Positions 28,716 to 39,830 are shown, counted from the first letter of the whole stretch. The stretch: DNA of 62,362 nt, filler included, from an uncultured Myxococcia bacterium (GCA_964617105.1; 7 parts of 7 records of this genome joined end to end with filler, not necessarily neighbours in it), one strand, 5' to 3'. The notes: a model not told the origin generated them from the sequence alone. Program-made: numbers and translations.

Positions 28716-30470
28716 TTAATGAGTTATAATATTATCCAATACAAAACGGCTAAAACCAGAGGGCAATCCCGCCACCATATTTAAAACCTGGCTTATAGTA
28801 TCTCCAATGGGAGCCAGCCTGGAGCGCCAGAAGGGGTTAAAAAAGTTGGGCGCCTCCTGCCAATTGCCCGGACGGTGATAATAGACCATTGCCCGGCTGA
28901 TAGCGTTTACCCCCTTGAAAATATTTTGATTAGCCAATCCTTGGCGGCCGGTGGTCATATCCAGGGAACTGCTGCCAGTGGAATCGCTATACTTGATCTG
29001 CATGGTAAAAGCCTTCTTTAGCCGCTTGGGGGAGCGATTGAGCCAGATATAGACACTGGGCTGGCCAAAATTTTTATTCGGATCAGGATTGGGTTTAAAC
29101 TTTAAATAGGGGGCAATGCCGTGCCAGGGATGATTATGGGCATCACCGGCACACTTATAATGAGCCTTCTTCTCATTGCAGCCGCTACAGCAGGAGGACA
29201 TACCTTTGATACATAAAAAGCCCCTGCACTTAAAACATAAACAGGGAATAATTATGCCAACACATCTCCCTTTGCCCCATTTATCAAAGCGGCAGTGTTC
29301 ACCCTGGCCATCGGGCGCTGCCTTGACGCTAACGGCATCCCCTTTGGTTTCTGCTCTCCTGCTTATTCTGGTAACAAAAAGGATCAATCTCATAAATATA
29401 TTTCCGTATTTTAATTTTAACGTATCATCAGCCGCCATCTGGGAACCATCGTGCATATAAACTCCAGAAGCGTCATTTTTTCGAATACAATTGTGGATAT
29501 TGCCAGCGCAGGTTGAACTTCGAGTGACCATTTTGGTCTGCCCTTTCTTTTCAATCTTAATGCTGCCACTAAACGGATTATTTATAATTTTCTTCATCTT
29601 CTGAGAGAGGGTTCGGGAAGTGAGAAACTCGTTGTACCGAGTGGCATTGGCTATTTCAGCCATCAAACGCTGGGCTCTTTTTACTCCCGGGTCACTGCTT
29701 TTCATCCCGGGCAATTTTGGTACCGGTGTTATGGGCGTTCCACCAGCCGGGTCAAAAATATTGTTCCAGGCAAACATGTTTAGCGCCAGGGTCAAGTAAC
29801 TGGTTTTGTCCATATCCAGACCTGGATCTTTTTTAAGATATTTTTTAGCAATGGTATTTATCAATTCCAACCCAATCAATGAAGTGGCAACCTGAGCAAC
29901 CACAGCCTCCAGCATTGCTATCTGCGAAGCCCACATAGCCCAATTGATATAATAGAGCGCAGGTATCAGTATGCCTCCGATAAAAGCATCAAAAACATCA
30001 ATAATCGCACCTATAGCACTAATAACTAGTTGTAAGGCCAGGGATATCTGGCTCAGTACCGGAGGTAGGGTCTGCCCTATGTATGGTATGGCAGAGCAAA
30101 TGTACTTAGTGCATTTGCAGGTATTGCACAGCACATTGAGATTGTGGAAGAACTCGGACATCACCGCCATTCCCGCCTCTAAAAACATCATAAAAGAAAG
30201 GTAGGTTTGGAAAGACATCATGGAAACATAGTGAAAAACCTGAGCCCGGTTGACAAAAGAGATATAGTTGAGCGCCCTGGCCTGCAGAGTGGACGTGGAA
30301 TAGGCTACACTGTCAGCCATATTCTGCAATTTGATCTTCTGGTAAACTGCGTCACCGATATTGATGGTCGCCAGAACCCCCAGGGTCATAACCAATAGGC
30401 CCAGGGCAGCTAGAATAATAGCCTGTCCATGTTCATTGCTCATCATTTTTCTGAGAAGAAAAAAGGCCAT
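28716..30470 (-). CDS. Tad-domain (TadG-like) Cys-rich pseudopilin
   Basis: G|QAIILAAL plus TM, KIKLQNMADSVAYS...ARALN...NRA; C-terminal A.VYYHRPGNWQEAPNFFNPFWRSRLAP. Confidence 0.8.
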   Translation of the reverse strand: MAFFLLRKMMSNEHGQAIILAALGLLVMTLGVLATINIGDAVYQKIKLQNMADSVAYSTSTLQARALNYISFVNRAQVFHYVSMMSFQTYLSFMMFLEAGMAVMSEFFHNLNVLCNTCKCTKYICSAIPYIGQTLPPVLSQISLALQLVISAIGAIIDVFDAFIGGILIPALYYINWAMWASQIAMLEAVVAQVATSLIGLELINTIAKKYLKKDPGLDMDKTSYLTLALNMFAWNNIFDPAGGTPITPVPKLPGMKSSDPGVKRAQRLMAEIANATRYNEFLTSRTLSQKMKKIINNPFSGSIKIEKKGQTKMVTRSSTCAGNIHNCIRKNDASGVYMHDGSQMAADDTLKLKYGNIFMRLILFVTRISRRAETKGDAVSVKAAPDGQGEHCRFDKWGKGRCVGIIIPCLCFKCRGFLCIKGMSSCCSGCNEKKAHYKCAGDAHNHPWHGIAPYLKFKPNPDPNKNFGQPSVYIWLNRSPKRLKKAFTMQIKYSDSTGSSSLDMTTGRQGLANQNIFKGVNAISRAMVYYHRPGNWQEAPNFFNPFWRSRLAPIGDTISQVLNMVAGLPSGFSRFVLDNIITH

Positions 30471-30546
30471 TTTTGAGTTTTCTTCCTTTCCTTTGTCTTT
30501 GCCAATCCAGGCAAATTTGTGCCAGGTATCTTTATTCTTTACCCAA

Positions 30547-31404
30547 TCAAGGCAAATTACGCTTATACAAATTGGACTGCATTCGCATAGTGTAGGTGGC
30601 CTCCAGAGGCATTACATAAATTTTGGCGGTTCGGGCCAACAGCCGATATATCCCTAGTTGCCTGCCATCTTCTCTTCCGCCAATTACAGCCTTGGTTGCC
30701 ACCATGGTATCTATATACTTCTGCCGCTCTTTCCCTTTAAGGGTATAATTGGAAAACCCGAGTCCCATTTTAGCTTCCGGCGCATGGAGCCATCCAGTGA
30801 GGGTTACCCCAACCCGATAGGCTACCCAGGAGGTATGTATTAACCAGTTCGCCAAAGGAATACGCATAATATAAAGGTATCTCACCCTGATGGAGAGGCG
30901 ATTGGCATCGGCATTGGCGGGGTCGTCAAAATCCATCTCTTGCTGGCCGCCCAACATATCTTTTTTGGGATGAACAACCTCCACCTTTATAAAAGCCACA
31001 TCTGGAATATATTTCCCAATCTTAATTTGATATTTGGTTAAAAATTTAGCCAGGGAGGCGGTGCCTTTGTCTATCAAGTTGGTAGCTTGAGTGATCACTT
31101 TAACCTTGGCCCAGGTTTTAAAAAATTCCTCCATAGTGTCGCTGCGGGCAAAAGTTGGCACCAGCGAAACCAACGCCGCATTTAGCATTACGTTTGGATC
31201 AGCATTGTTTACAACTCCAGCCCGGGCAGCGTTGAAGGCAGCGTATTCCATCATCATTTTGGCCTGCTGCACCATGGTTAACTGGATTGTGCAAAGGATA
31301 ATCACCACCATCATGGGGATCACTATGGCGGCCTCCACAATGGCCTGACCCGCTTGATCTTCCTTTAGTTTGCTGACAGCGACACATCCGGATTTGACAA
31401 CCAT
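30547..31404 (-). CDS. TadE/TadG-family pseudopilin
   Basis: G|QAIVEAAIVIP plus TM, EYAAFNAARAGVV, C-terminal YTMRMQS. Confidence 0.85.
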   Translation of the reverse strand: MVVKSGCVAVSKLKEDQAGQAIVEAAIVIPMMVVIILCTIQLTMVQQAKMMMEYAAFNAARAGVVNNADPNVMLNAALVSLVPTFARSDTMEEFFKTWAKVKVITQATNLIDKGTASLAKFLTKYQIKIGKYIPDVAFIKVEVVHPKKDMLGGQQEMDFDDPANADANRLSIRVRYLYIMRIPLANWLIHTSWVAYRVGVTLTGWLHAPEAKMGLGFSNYTLKGKERQKYIDTMVATKAVIGGREDGRQLGIYRLLARTAKIYVMPLEATYTMRMQSNLYKRNLP

Positions 31405-31593
31405 CTTAATCCCAAAATACCCTTATTCTGATAAAACCATTTCACCAAGTTAAATTATTAGAAACTACTATATATGTTAACAATTTTAACCAAAAATGCC
31501 AATTAATTCAATCGGGCAAAGTGCTAATAAGGCGGTATTTTGCTCACAATCTAAAAATTCACCCCATCCAATGGCGATTTACCAACCAGGCTA

Positions 31594-31681
31594 CTTGGGT
31601 TGGCTTCGAGGTTGAAAAATGGCATGAGTCAGAATGCCCAGATGGACCACGAGGTTGAAATTTGCCACAAGTCGAAAGGCT
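31594..31681 (+). repeat. Dispersed ~45-bp element, copy B (31637-31681), with a degenerate tandem copy 43 bp upstream
   Basis: GAGGTTGAAA at 31608 and 31651; copy B matches 7357-7402 on the opposite strand. Confidence 0.75.
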
Positions 31682-31788
31682 CTATACAGAAAACTTTGAT
31701 TGTTAAAGAAAAAATTGCTACTATCACCATAATTATTTTTAACAAAGAAGGCAAACTTACTAATTACAACAACCACGTAGGTAAACAA

Positions 31789-31817
31789 CCCGGGATTTCA
31801 ATCCCGGGAATTCTTTT
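31789..31817 (+). terminator. Hairpin with a short U-tract just upstream of the CBM9 gene
   Basis: CCCGGGAT-TTCA-ATCCCGGG followed by AATTCTTTT. Confidence 0.5.
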
Positions 31818-31828
31818 CAATCTTAAGC

Positions 31829-32611
31829 ATGGCATATCTCAATATAATAAATCGGAGCAATCTCACCAGAATCATGTTGATATTGCTAACAATAATTATC
31901 ATCTCTTCCCTGTTTGGTTGCAAAAACAAAAATACCAACGGCAATCTCACCTTCAAACGCTTACCCGTTTATGTGGCTAAAAAAATCTCCAATCCCCCTA
32001 ATATCGATGGGATTTTGGATGATATAATCTGGCAAGAGACAAAGACCACTCCCCCTTTTGGAAACACCAATGGCCAGGGTTCGCCCACCTTTGAAACCAA
32101 AGCGGCCCTTATTTGGGATGACCAATTTTTATATGTTGCCTTTTGGTGTGAAGACCCTGATATATGGGCTCAGACTCATAAACACGATGATCCTATCTAT
32201 AAGGAGGAGGTGGTGGAGATATTTCTCGATCCTGATGACAACCAGGCCACCTATTTTGAGTTGGAGGTGAATCCTAACAACATTGTCTTTGACGCCTATT
32301 TTCCAACTTACCGGCAAAAGATGGACCTGGGTTGGAAAAGTAAGATGAAAAGTGCGGTAAAAATTGACGGTAAAATCAATGACCTCAGCCGCAGAGATAA
32401 GGGCTGGCAGGTTGAGGTGGCCATCCCCTTCTCCTCCTTCAAGCCGGTTATAGACGGCCCGCCCAATCCCGGAGACCAATGGCGGATGAATCTATTTCGC
32501 ATAGAGCGTTCACGTCAGGGTGGAGGAACTCAGGCAGGGGCTTTTTCACCCCCAATTCGTCCCGATTTTCATAATCTTGACAAGATGGGATATTTAAGGT
32601 TCGAAGATTAA
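31829..32611 (+). CDS. CBM9-like (DOMON-fold) carbohydrate-binding lipoprotein
   Basis: Lipobox LFGC; PNIDGILDD..W, WDDQFLYVAF, EVVEIFLDPD, YFELEVNP, WQVEVAIPF, WRMNLFR. Confidence 0.85.
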   Translation: MAYLNIINRSNLTRIMLILLTIIIISSLFGCKNKNTNGNLTFKRLPVYVAKKISNPPNIDGILDDIIWQETKTTPPFGNTNGQGSPTFETKAALIWDDQFLYVAFWCEDPDIWAQTHKHDDPIYKEEVVEIFLDPDDNQATYFELEVNPNNIVFDAYFPTYRQKMDLGWKSKMKSAVKIDGKINDLSRRDKGWQVEVAIPFSSFKPVIDGPPNPGDQWRMNLFRIERSRQGGGTQAGAFSPPIRPDFHNLDKMGYLRFED

Positions 32612-32644
32612 GAAATTTCCTTTTATTGGAAAGGAACCATTGAC

Positions 32645-33085
32645 ATGAATAGAACCGAACTCCTTTATAATTTCCTAAAAAAACATCGGACCGTTATTCA
32701 ACTGGCCCTATTGCTTATCCCTATTTTCTATTTTGCAAATATTATCCTGGAACTAACCAAAAATAGCCCCGAGCCTTTGGAGTACACAGACCATGCCCGG
32801 CGTTTTGGCATCGAAACCAAGAAACGGAAGGCTATCTTTCAACAATTGGTATTGGAATCCCCAAAATGGCAAAAAAGGTCAAAAAACCGTTTTCCAAACC
32901 TACGCTGGCGGCAGGAGGATGATTATCACTGGGCAGAGAAACGATTTGTGCATCAACTGGCAAACCAGCACGGAATTCACTACAGCCAGGTCTATATGAT
33001 TCTGGACGAAGGAACCAGAAACCATTGGCAAGGACCCGACGGGAAGATGCTGCCGGTATCCACCGTACCCTTGCAAAAAAATTAA
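32645..33085 (+). CDS. Hypothetical membrane-anchored protein
   Basis: SD AAGGA, a single N-terminal TM, operon-like spacing. Confidence 0.65.
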   Translation: MNRTELLYNFLKKHRTVIQLALLLIPIFYFANIILELTKNSPEPLEYTDHARRFGIETKKRKAIFQQLVLESPKWQKRSKNRFPNLRWRQEDDYHWAEKRFVHQLANQHGIHYSQVYMILDEGTRNHWQGPDGKMLPVSTVPLQKN

Positions 33086-33110
33086 GATTGAGATCCCTGG
33101 AACTTTAATC

Positions 33111-35035
33111 ATGCCATTCAAAACAATTTATTCAAAATATTTTACAGAAATCCCCGGGTTGCGAATTTTTTTGTGGATAATTTTGGCCAGCCTATTTTTG
33201 GTGGACGGCCTGGAGCATCCACAAAACATAGGGACAGGTCACGACTGGACATTCTACCTTCACCATATCAACAGCGCCCTGCTCTCTTACACTAAATACC
33301 ACCAATTTCCTGTATGGGATCCCTATTTTTGCGGCGGGATGGTGGCAATTGGCAATGTGCAGACTAACATCATATCCCCAAATTTCCTGTTTTTTATCTT
33401 GTTCGGCCTACTGCCAGGAATGAAAATAAGCATTCTGGTGATGTTCATTATAGGGCTTGAGGGGATGTATCAGATAGCAAAATTCAAAGGAATTAGTGGA
33501 GTTGGCGCTCTGATTGCTGCGCCGCTTTTTTGTTTTTCCGGAAGATTTGTAAGGGTATTTATTGACGGGCATCTTCCTTTTCTCGGATTTTTACTCCTGC
33601 CATGGATCCTTTTGTCCTATGAAAAGAGCCTCCGTTCATCCTATCGATGGATACTTGTAGGTGGTTTCTTCATGGCCTGGGTATTCTGTGAAGGTGGGGC
33701 TATCCCTACCCCTCTAATTGCCTTGATGTTGCTGGTGATCATGTTTTCCCACATTGGAAACGCTTTGATTGCCAGGATTCAATACCCCTCTTTGTCACCA
33801 CCTTTAAAAGCGGAAGTAAATTTAAAAACTCTGTCAAAGCCTATAACGGTTTTACTTTTAATGGGAATTGTCACCATTTGCCTCTCTGCAATACGTTTTC
33901 TGCCAGTTATGGAAACCCTGCTTGATGTGCCGCGGGTTTGGGTAAAACCTGAATCCTATTCCATAAATCACATTTTGGGAATGCTATTTAATACCACCCG
34001 TAATATGGGTTACTATTCATTAGGCAGCAGTTATGTGGGAACCTCAACCCTGTTTCTGTTTATTTTTGCCATCTATATGCGGGACAAAACCAGTATAGTC
34101 CTGCTAGTTTTTGCCGCTATTTTTGCCGCCCTGGCCACCGGAGACAACGGTTTGTTCAGGCTCTATGATCTGTTAAAACATCTCCCCTTCTTCGAAAATC
34201 TCAGGAATCCCTTTCGCTACACTTTTATTATTGCTTTTTTTCTTGCCCTTGGCGCTGGCCGGGGNNNNNNNNNNCTCCTCCCGACCCTCTGCCAGACCCA
34301 GTGGAACGCGCTGGCCGGGGCCTGCAATTGCTGGAATACTATCTGCTAAAATGGCTAAATTCAGCATGGTTAGCAAAAATCATCTCCCCCGGCAGTCCAG
34401 AAAAGATTCACCATCTCGTCGCTAAAATTTCTGTACCCGTCACTCTGGTGTTGGTTCTAATAACCGCCATTCTTTCAGTTTGGGAGCCCTTTGCATTCAA
34501 CCAGAAACAGATGCGCCATATTTTCTCCAGGACCTCTGCAAAACAAGTTCAGCGCCCATTTGCCCAGGCTGTGGGCAACCGCTGGGACGCTCATGTCTGG
34601 CCAGCCGCCAATTTGGGGACAATTTACTGCTTTGAAGAGCAGCCCTTTGCAACTTCCCCATCTCTTCGAGGTGATTTGGAACAGGAAGAGTATCTATTAA
34701 ACCCGAAAAAGGGCAGTGTACAAAGGCACAGTTGGTCACCCCACCGGATTGAATTAAAAGTAAACCTGAAACAGGATGCAAAAATAGTAGTCAATCAAAA
34801 CCAACATCGTGGATGGCGAGTAAGCCGGGGGGAAATTGTGGATCATGATGGTCTTTTGGCAGTTGATGCACCAAAGGGCGAATATCTTTTGGAATTCACC
34901 TTCAATGATCCCTTGATAACAGTTGGAACTATAATCTCCTGGCTGACAATTTGCCTTATATTGGGATTGGTGGTATTTACATTTGCCCAAAAAATGGTGG
35001 GGCGCCAGACCAAGAAGAGGTCTCCTTCTGATTAA
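33111..35035 (+). CDS. Polytopic GT-C/YfhO-like membrane glycosyltransferase; one gene split by an assembly gap at 34265-34274
   Basis: QFPVWDPYFCGGM, many TMs, LRNPFRY; C-terminal VNQNQHRGW...GLLAV..PKG. Confidence 0.7.
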
Positions 35036-35157
35036 CCGAGAACTAATATTTGCCATGAAACAAATTATTTATTTTACCTATAGGCGAATATTTTATAATA
35101 TAGGAAACTTCTGCTATTTTTGGAAAACAATCTTATCTTTTGATACTAAAAGTGCTA

Positions 35158-36072
35158 ATGCCAAACACCTCTGAACGCTATCTTACCTTGAACCATCATT
35201 TGCGAAAAAAATTTGGTTGTCGGGTACAAAAAATCACCATTAAATATGGTTTTACCTGCCCCAACCGCAATGGCAATAAAGGAGACGACGGTTGTATCTA
35301 CTGCTCTCACCAGGAACTCTACCCTGCTAATTTTAATTCGAAACACAGCCTTATGGAACAATTAGACCAGGGGTTGCCCCGATTGAAAAAGCGTTTTAAA
35401 ACCAACAAGTTTATCGCCTACTTTCAAGACCATACCGCCACCTATGCCCCGGTTGAATTGCTGGCTGACATTTTCAACCAGCCCATCTCCCGGCCCGAAA
35501 TAGTGGGGCTGGCAGTTGGCACCAGACCAGACTGCCTGCCAGAGCCTGTAATGGAACTCTTGGCAGATTTGGCATCCAAAACCTATCTATGGCTGGAAAT
35601 TGGCTTACAGAGCGCTGATGACCTCACTCTGGCCCGGATTAACCGCCAACATTCGGTGCTCGACTTTATTCAGGCAGTAAAACGCTGTAAAAAACTATCT
35701 ATCCCAGTGGTAGCCCATGTTATTTTGGGACTTCCCGGTGAGACGCGGGCAAATTGGCTCAAAACCGCTAAACTGATAGCAGATTTGCAGTTAGATGGAG
35801 TTAAGATACACAATATCTATATACCTCCGAATACAGAACTGGCCCGACAATATCGGAACGGGGATTTTAAGCCCCTGGAGATAGAGGAGTATCTGGATGG
35901 AGTGATGGCTTTTTTAGAGCGGCTGCCTTTCAGCACAGTTATTCACCGCCTGGTGGGTGAAGGCGGAAAAAATTCACTTGCGCCTGACTGGTGCCTGGAC
36001 AAAAGAGAGGTTTTGACCAGGCTGCACCAAAAAATGGAACGCTGCCATAGCAGGCAAGGCATGAAAATATAG
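35158..36072 (+). CDS. TIGR01212/YhcC-family radical SAM protein
   Basis: GFTCPNRNG...GCIYC, AYFQ..T.TY, GTRPDCL, EIGLQS, HVILGLPGE. Confidence 0.9.
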   Translation: MPNTSERYLTLNHHLRKKFGCRVQKITIKYGFTCPNRNGNKGDDGCIYCSHQELYPANFNSKHSLMEQLDQGLPRLKKRFKTNKFIAYFQDHTATYAPVELLADIFNQPISRPEIVGLAVGTRPDCLPEPVMELLADLASKTYLWLEIGLQSADDLTLARINRQHSVLDFIQAVKRCKKLSIPVVAHVILGLPGETRANWLKTAKLIADLQLDGVKIHNIYIPPNTELARQYRNGDFKPLEIEEYLDGVMAFLERLPFSTVIHRLVGEGGKNSLAPDWCLDKREVLTRLHQKMERCHSRQGMKI

Positions 36073-36088
36073 ATTGATGGACAACAAT

Positions 36089-36259
36089 TTACCAATTTTT
36101 CTCGCCCCATAGACCATCACTGCCTTTGCTGCTAGTGGTGGATGATGTTCCGCCCACACCTCCATTACCAGTGATAAAAGTATTGTTATTTAAAACCGGT
36201 AGGGCCCCTGAATCTTTATAGATACAATAGGATACACCTCCGCCCCCGCCGCCGCCGTT
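36089..36259 (-). CDS. C-terminal fragment of a glycine-rich (PGRS-like) secreted protein; absent from the ORF track
   Basis: Manual translation NGGGGGGGVSYCIYKDSGALPVLNNNTFITGNGGVGGTSSTTSSKGSDGLWGEKNW*. Confidence 0.65.
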   Translation of the reverse strand, partial: NGGGGGGGVSYCIYKDSGALPVLNNNTFITGNGGVGGTSSTTSSKGSDGLWGEKNW

Positions 36260-36359
36260 NNNNNNNNNNNNNNNNNNNNNNNNNNNNNNNNNNNNNNNNN
36301 NNNTTAATTAATTAANNNNNNNNNNNNNNNNNNNNNNNNNNNNNNNNNNNNNNNNNNNN
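36260..36359. other. Artificial contig linker
   Basis: N44-TTAATTAATTAA-N44. Confidence 0.99.
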
Positions 36360-37755
36360 TACTGTTGAGTTTATCCTCCACCATTTTAGCATCCACCGTC
36401 ACATCTTTATCTTGCAATTCCGGCGCATGGAAAGAAACTTCATCCAGCAATTTTTCCATTATGGTATGGAGCCGCCTGGCGCCGATATTCTCGGTGCGCT
36501 GGTTTACCTCCTGGGCAATTTCCGATATTTTGGCAATCCCATCCTGCTCGAACTCCAACTCTATCCCTTCGGTATTCATCAAAGCCTTATATTGCTTTAC
36601 CAACGAGTTCTGCGGTTCAGTCAATATGCGGATAAATTCTTCCTTGCCCAGGGATTGCAATTCAACCCTAATGGGAAAACGGCCCTGCAATTCAGGAATC
36701 AGATCACTGGGCCTTGACACATGAAATGCCCCGGCAGCAATAAAAAGGATATGGTCGGTCTTAACCATCCCATACTTGGTAATAACGGTAGATCCTTCTA
36801 CTATCGGCAGGATATCACGTTGAACTCCTTCGCGGGAAACGTCTGGGCCTTTGCCGGTTTCGCGGCCAGATATTTTATCCAGTTCGTCTAAAAAAACTAT
36901 TCCGGTCTGCTCCACCTTTTTTACCGCATTTTTAATAACCTTATCCATGTCTATAAGTTTGGCCGCCTCCTCCTGGGCTATAAGTTGGAGCGCCTCTGGA
37001 ATCTGCACCCTTTTTTTCTTGGTTCGCTTGGGGAGGATATTTCCCAGTATCTCCTGGAAATTCATGTCCATCTCTTCGATGCCGGTGGCGGAAAATATTT
37101 TTAAATTAGGAGTCATGCCCTCAGAAATTTCCAGGTCGATAAACCGGTCGTCCAGTTTACCCTCTTTCAGCATGGTCCGTAATTTATCATAAGTGCGTTG
37201 CCTTCCCTCTTCCTGGTCGAACAATTCCGGTTCCGGTTCCGGTTCCGCTTCCTCAAATTTTTCGGTTTTTTTGGATGGTAAAAGGATCTCCAGCACCTTT
37301 GATTCCGCTATCAATAAGGCCTTGATTTTTACCGCCTCCTGTTCTTTGTCTTTGACCATTTTCACCGAAAGTTCGGTTAAATCTCTGATCATAGAATCAA
37401 CGTCCCGTCCCACATATCCCACCTCAGTAAACTTGGAGGCTTCCACCTTTATGAAAGGAGCCTGGGACAGGTTTGCCAATCTCCGGGCTATTTCGGTCTT
37501 TCCCACGCCGGTAGGGCCAATCATAATGATATTTTTGGGAGCTATCTCTTCCCGCAATTCCGGTCCCACTCTCTGCCGCCGCCAGCGGTTGCGCAAAGCG
37601 ATAGCCACGCAACGCTTGGCATCGTTCTGGCTGATAATATATTTGTCCAGTTCGCTGACAATCTCCCGTGGAGTAAAAGCATTGTTCGCTAAATAATCTT
37701 CCTCTTCAACTATTTCCATATCTATTTTTTCCATAATTTGTTGCTGATAATTCAT
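36360..37755 (-). CDS. hslU: HslU ATPase, 3' truncated
   Basis: [60 protein letters not shown]. Confidence 0.97.
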
Positions 37756-38342
37756 TTTGTTGTTTTAATCTCGATATCTATCTCTTCAACTACAATATTT
37801 GCATTGGTGTAAATACAAATCTCCGATGCGGTCTTTAAAGCCTCTATAGCTATCTCTTTGGCAGATAGCTCGGTATACTTACACAAAATACGGGCGGCCG
37901 CCAGTGCATACGCCCCTCCTGAACCAATAGCCGCCACATCTCCATCAGGTTCGATAACATCTCCGCTGCCAGAAATTAAAAGCGCCCTCTCCTGGTTGGC
38001 AGTTAAAAGTAAAGCATCTAAACGGCGCAAGTTTTTATCCATACGCCAATCTTTGGCCAACTCCACTGCCGACCTGGTCAAGTTGCCGTTATAATCTTTT
38101 AGTTTGACTTCAAATTTTTCAAACAGAGCAAAAGCATCAGCAGTTGAACCGGCAAATCCGCAGATCACTTTATTATTATAAAGTCTGCGCACCTTAACAG
38201 CAGTGGCTTTCATAATTGTATCGCCTAAAGTGACCTGGCCGTCACCTGCCACTACTACCTGGCCTTCTCTCTGCACGGCAATAATGGTGGTGCCTCTCAT
38301 TCCCGCACTTTCAACCTGTTTTTGTGGTAAATATTCCATCAT
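37752..38342 (-). CDS. hslV: HslV protease subunit
   Basis: [37 protein letters not shown]. Confidence 0.97.
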   Translation of the reverse strand: MMEYLPQKQVESAGMRGTTIIAVQREGQVVVAGDGQVTLGDTIMKATAVKVRRLYNNKVICGFAGSTADAFALFEKFEVKLKDYNGNLTRSAVELAKDWRMDKNLRRLDALLLTANQERALLISGSGDVIEPDGDVAAIGSGGAYALAAARILCKYTELSAKEIAIEALKTASEICIYTNANIVVEEIDIEIKTTK

Positions 38343-38373
38343 CTTACAACCACACCTAAAAATCTTCTGAATG

Positions 38374-39018
38374 TTATGCCAAAGATTCCAGCGCTTCTTC
38401 CACCACTTCTTTCATCTCTCCGCTGGTTTCAGGAAGCATGTTGCTTAGAATTTTTATGGTTTCATTGTTACCCACCTGACCTAGCAAGTAGACCAGGTCT
38501 TCGGCAGAATATGGATCCTCTATACATTTATCTAAAGAGTCATGAAGAGTGGTCAGCACTTTCCGGCCAGTTTTCCCACCTTGCTCGACCATCTCCTGCA
38601 AAACCAGCATTGCCCCCATGCGTAACTGCATTTCACCCGGTAAAGTAATTATATCCAGCAAAGGTTCAAAGGATAAGGTACCTTGGGACAGATGTTCGGT
38701 TAAAATTCCCTTTTGACGGTTTTCCAGCAAATTTTTTACTATTTTCTTACTGTTACCAGTCTTAACCGCCTCAATCCCATGCTCTAATTGTTGAGGACCA
38801 TATTCACCGTTCAAAAAGAACATCTCCTCAACAATAGTAACCGGAGCAGTTTTCAACTGATATTTTTCCACCAAATCGGGCGCCTTTTCCAAATCAATTA
38901 CTGATAGATCAAAGTCTTCCGAAAAAGAGGTGCTATTCCCTTGCAGCATCTCCTTAACCTGGTGACAGTGAGGACAATTTGGTGTTGTTAATAGAGTTAT
39001 TTTAATCTTCCTGGTCAC
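38374..39018 (-). CDS. Thioredoxin/glutaredoxin-like protein (CPHC) with a C-terminal HEAT-like helical region
   Basis: [29 protein letters not shown]...[10 protein letters not shown]...VEEALESL. Confidence 0.75.
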   Translation of the reverse strand: MTRKIKITLLTTPNCPHCHQVKEMLQGNSTSFSEDFDLSVIDLEKAPDLVEKYQLKTAPVTIVEEMFFLNGEYGPQQLEHGIEAVKTGNSKKIVKNLLENRQKGILTEHLSQGTLSFEPLLDIITLPGEMQLRMGAMLVLQEMVEQGGKTGRKVLTTLHDSLDKCIEDPYSAEDLVYLLGQVGNNETIKILSNMLPETSGEMKEVVEEALESLA

Positions 39019-39400
39019 ACTCCACCGCCCCTTCCAGCGCTCCTTCGGTAACCCAGATAATCTGGTTGCTGTTGAGGGGTTTATTGATCAGGTCAAAATT
39101 CAAGCCCTCGTAAGCTATCTCTTGCAGCGATTTGGAAAAAGAGTTGTAAAAAGCAGTTATAATGTATACTGGCAACTTTTTATTTATTTCTCTAATCTTC
39201 CGAAGAACTTCTATGCCGTTCATCTCCGGCATATTCAAATCCAGATAGACCAGATCATATTTATTCTGGGAAAATTTATTTATCCCCTTTTTGCCGGAAG
39301 AAGCGGTATCAACCTGGTATTTTTCCTGGTTATCCAGAGCCAACAGAAAAGAGGTACGGATAATCTCTTCGTCATCAATAATTAAAATACGTTTTGGCAT
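39002..39400 (-). CDS. Single-domain response regulator
   Basis: ILIIDDE, LDLNMPEMNG, IITAF, NKP. Confidence 0.9.
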   Translation of the reverse strand: MPKRILIIDDEEIIRTSFLLALDNQEKYQVDTASSGKKGINKFSQNKYDLVYLDLNMPEMNGIEVLRKIREINKKLPVYIITAFYNSFSKSLQEIAYEGLNFDLINKPLNSNQIIWVTEGALEGAVECDQED

Positions 39401-39440
39401 TAAATCAGTCCTCCCGGTCTTTCCGGTTAAAAGATTTTAT

Positions 39441-39719
39441 CTATCCGGCTCTAAGTATCTTCATCATTTTCAATACCTTCTTGGCATTGCTTAAATCTCC
39501 AACCACTTTTACCCGGGGAGGTGGTGCGACTTTTATCAGAGTCGGTGTTGCCAAGATTTTATAATCAGCAGTTAATTGTGGCTCATCCATCACATCGATA
39601 ATATCCAGTTGGAAATCAATATTATTCTCAATAAGACAATTTTGAAAGTTGGCAACTATTTCTCTGGTTTTTATAAGAGATCTGATTGCAAACAGGTTGA
39701 TTTGATATTTTTCCGACAT
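39441..39719 (-). CDS. KaiB-domain protein
   Basis: 92 aa; LDIIDVMDEPQL...KILATPTLIKVAPPPRVKVVGDLS matches the KaiB signature. Confidence 0.85.
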   Translation of the reverse strand: MSEKYQINLFAIRSLIKTREIVANFQNCLIENNIDFQLDIIDVMDEPQLTADYKILATPTLIKVAPPPRVKVVGDLSNAKKVLKMMKILRAG

Positions 39720-39830
39720 AATATTAATTCAATACCAATGAGATATAAATTATAGAGCATTAGAAATATTATTTCAACTATTATATTTTTGAGCGAGCCC
39801 TTAGTATGTTGTTTGCCACACCAATAATTA

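Noticed and set aside
30511-30524. Sigma-54-like TGGCAC-AAAT-TTGC (minus strand), and a similar TGGCAACTCCTTGC at 22904-22917
   Set aside because: GG-to-GC spacing is 9 nt in both, whereas sigma-54 needs 10. The recurrence upstream of pilus-related genes is noted but not called.
31594-31681. 43-bp-period units ending GAAAG as a mini CRISPR array
   Set aside because: Only two degenerate, directly abutting units with no spacer between them.
31600-31980. 126-aa plus-strand ORF
   Set aside because: No recognisable motif, TTG start, crosses a terminator-like hairpin and overlaps the CBM9 gene out of frame.
37225-37246. EPEPEP hexamer repeat in hslU, and the poly-Gln run in tig
   Set aside because: Short tracts in variable loops of housekeeping proteins; unremarkable.
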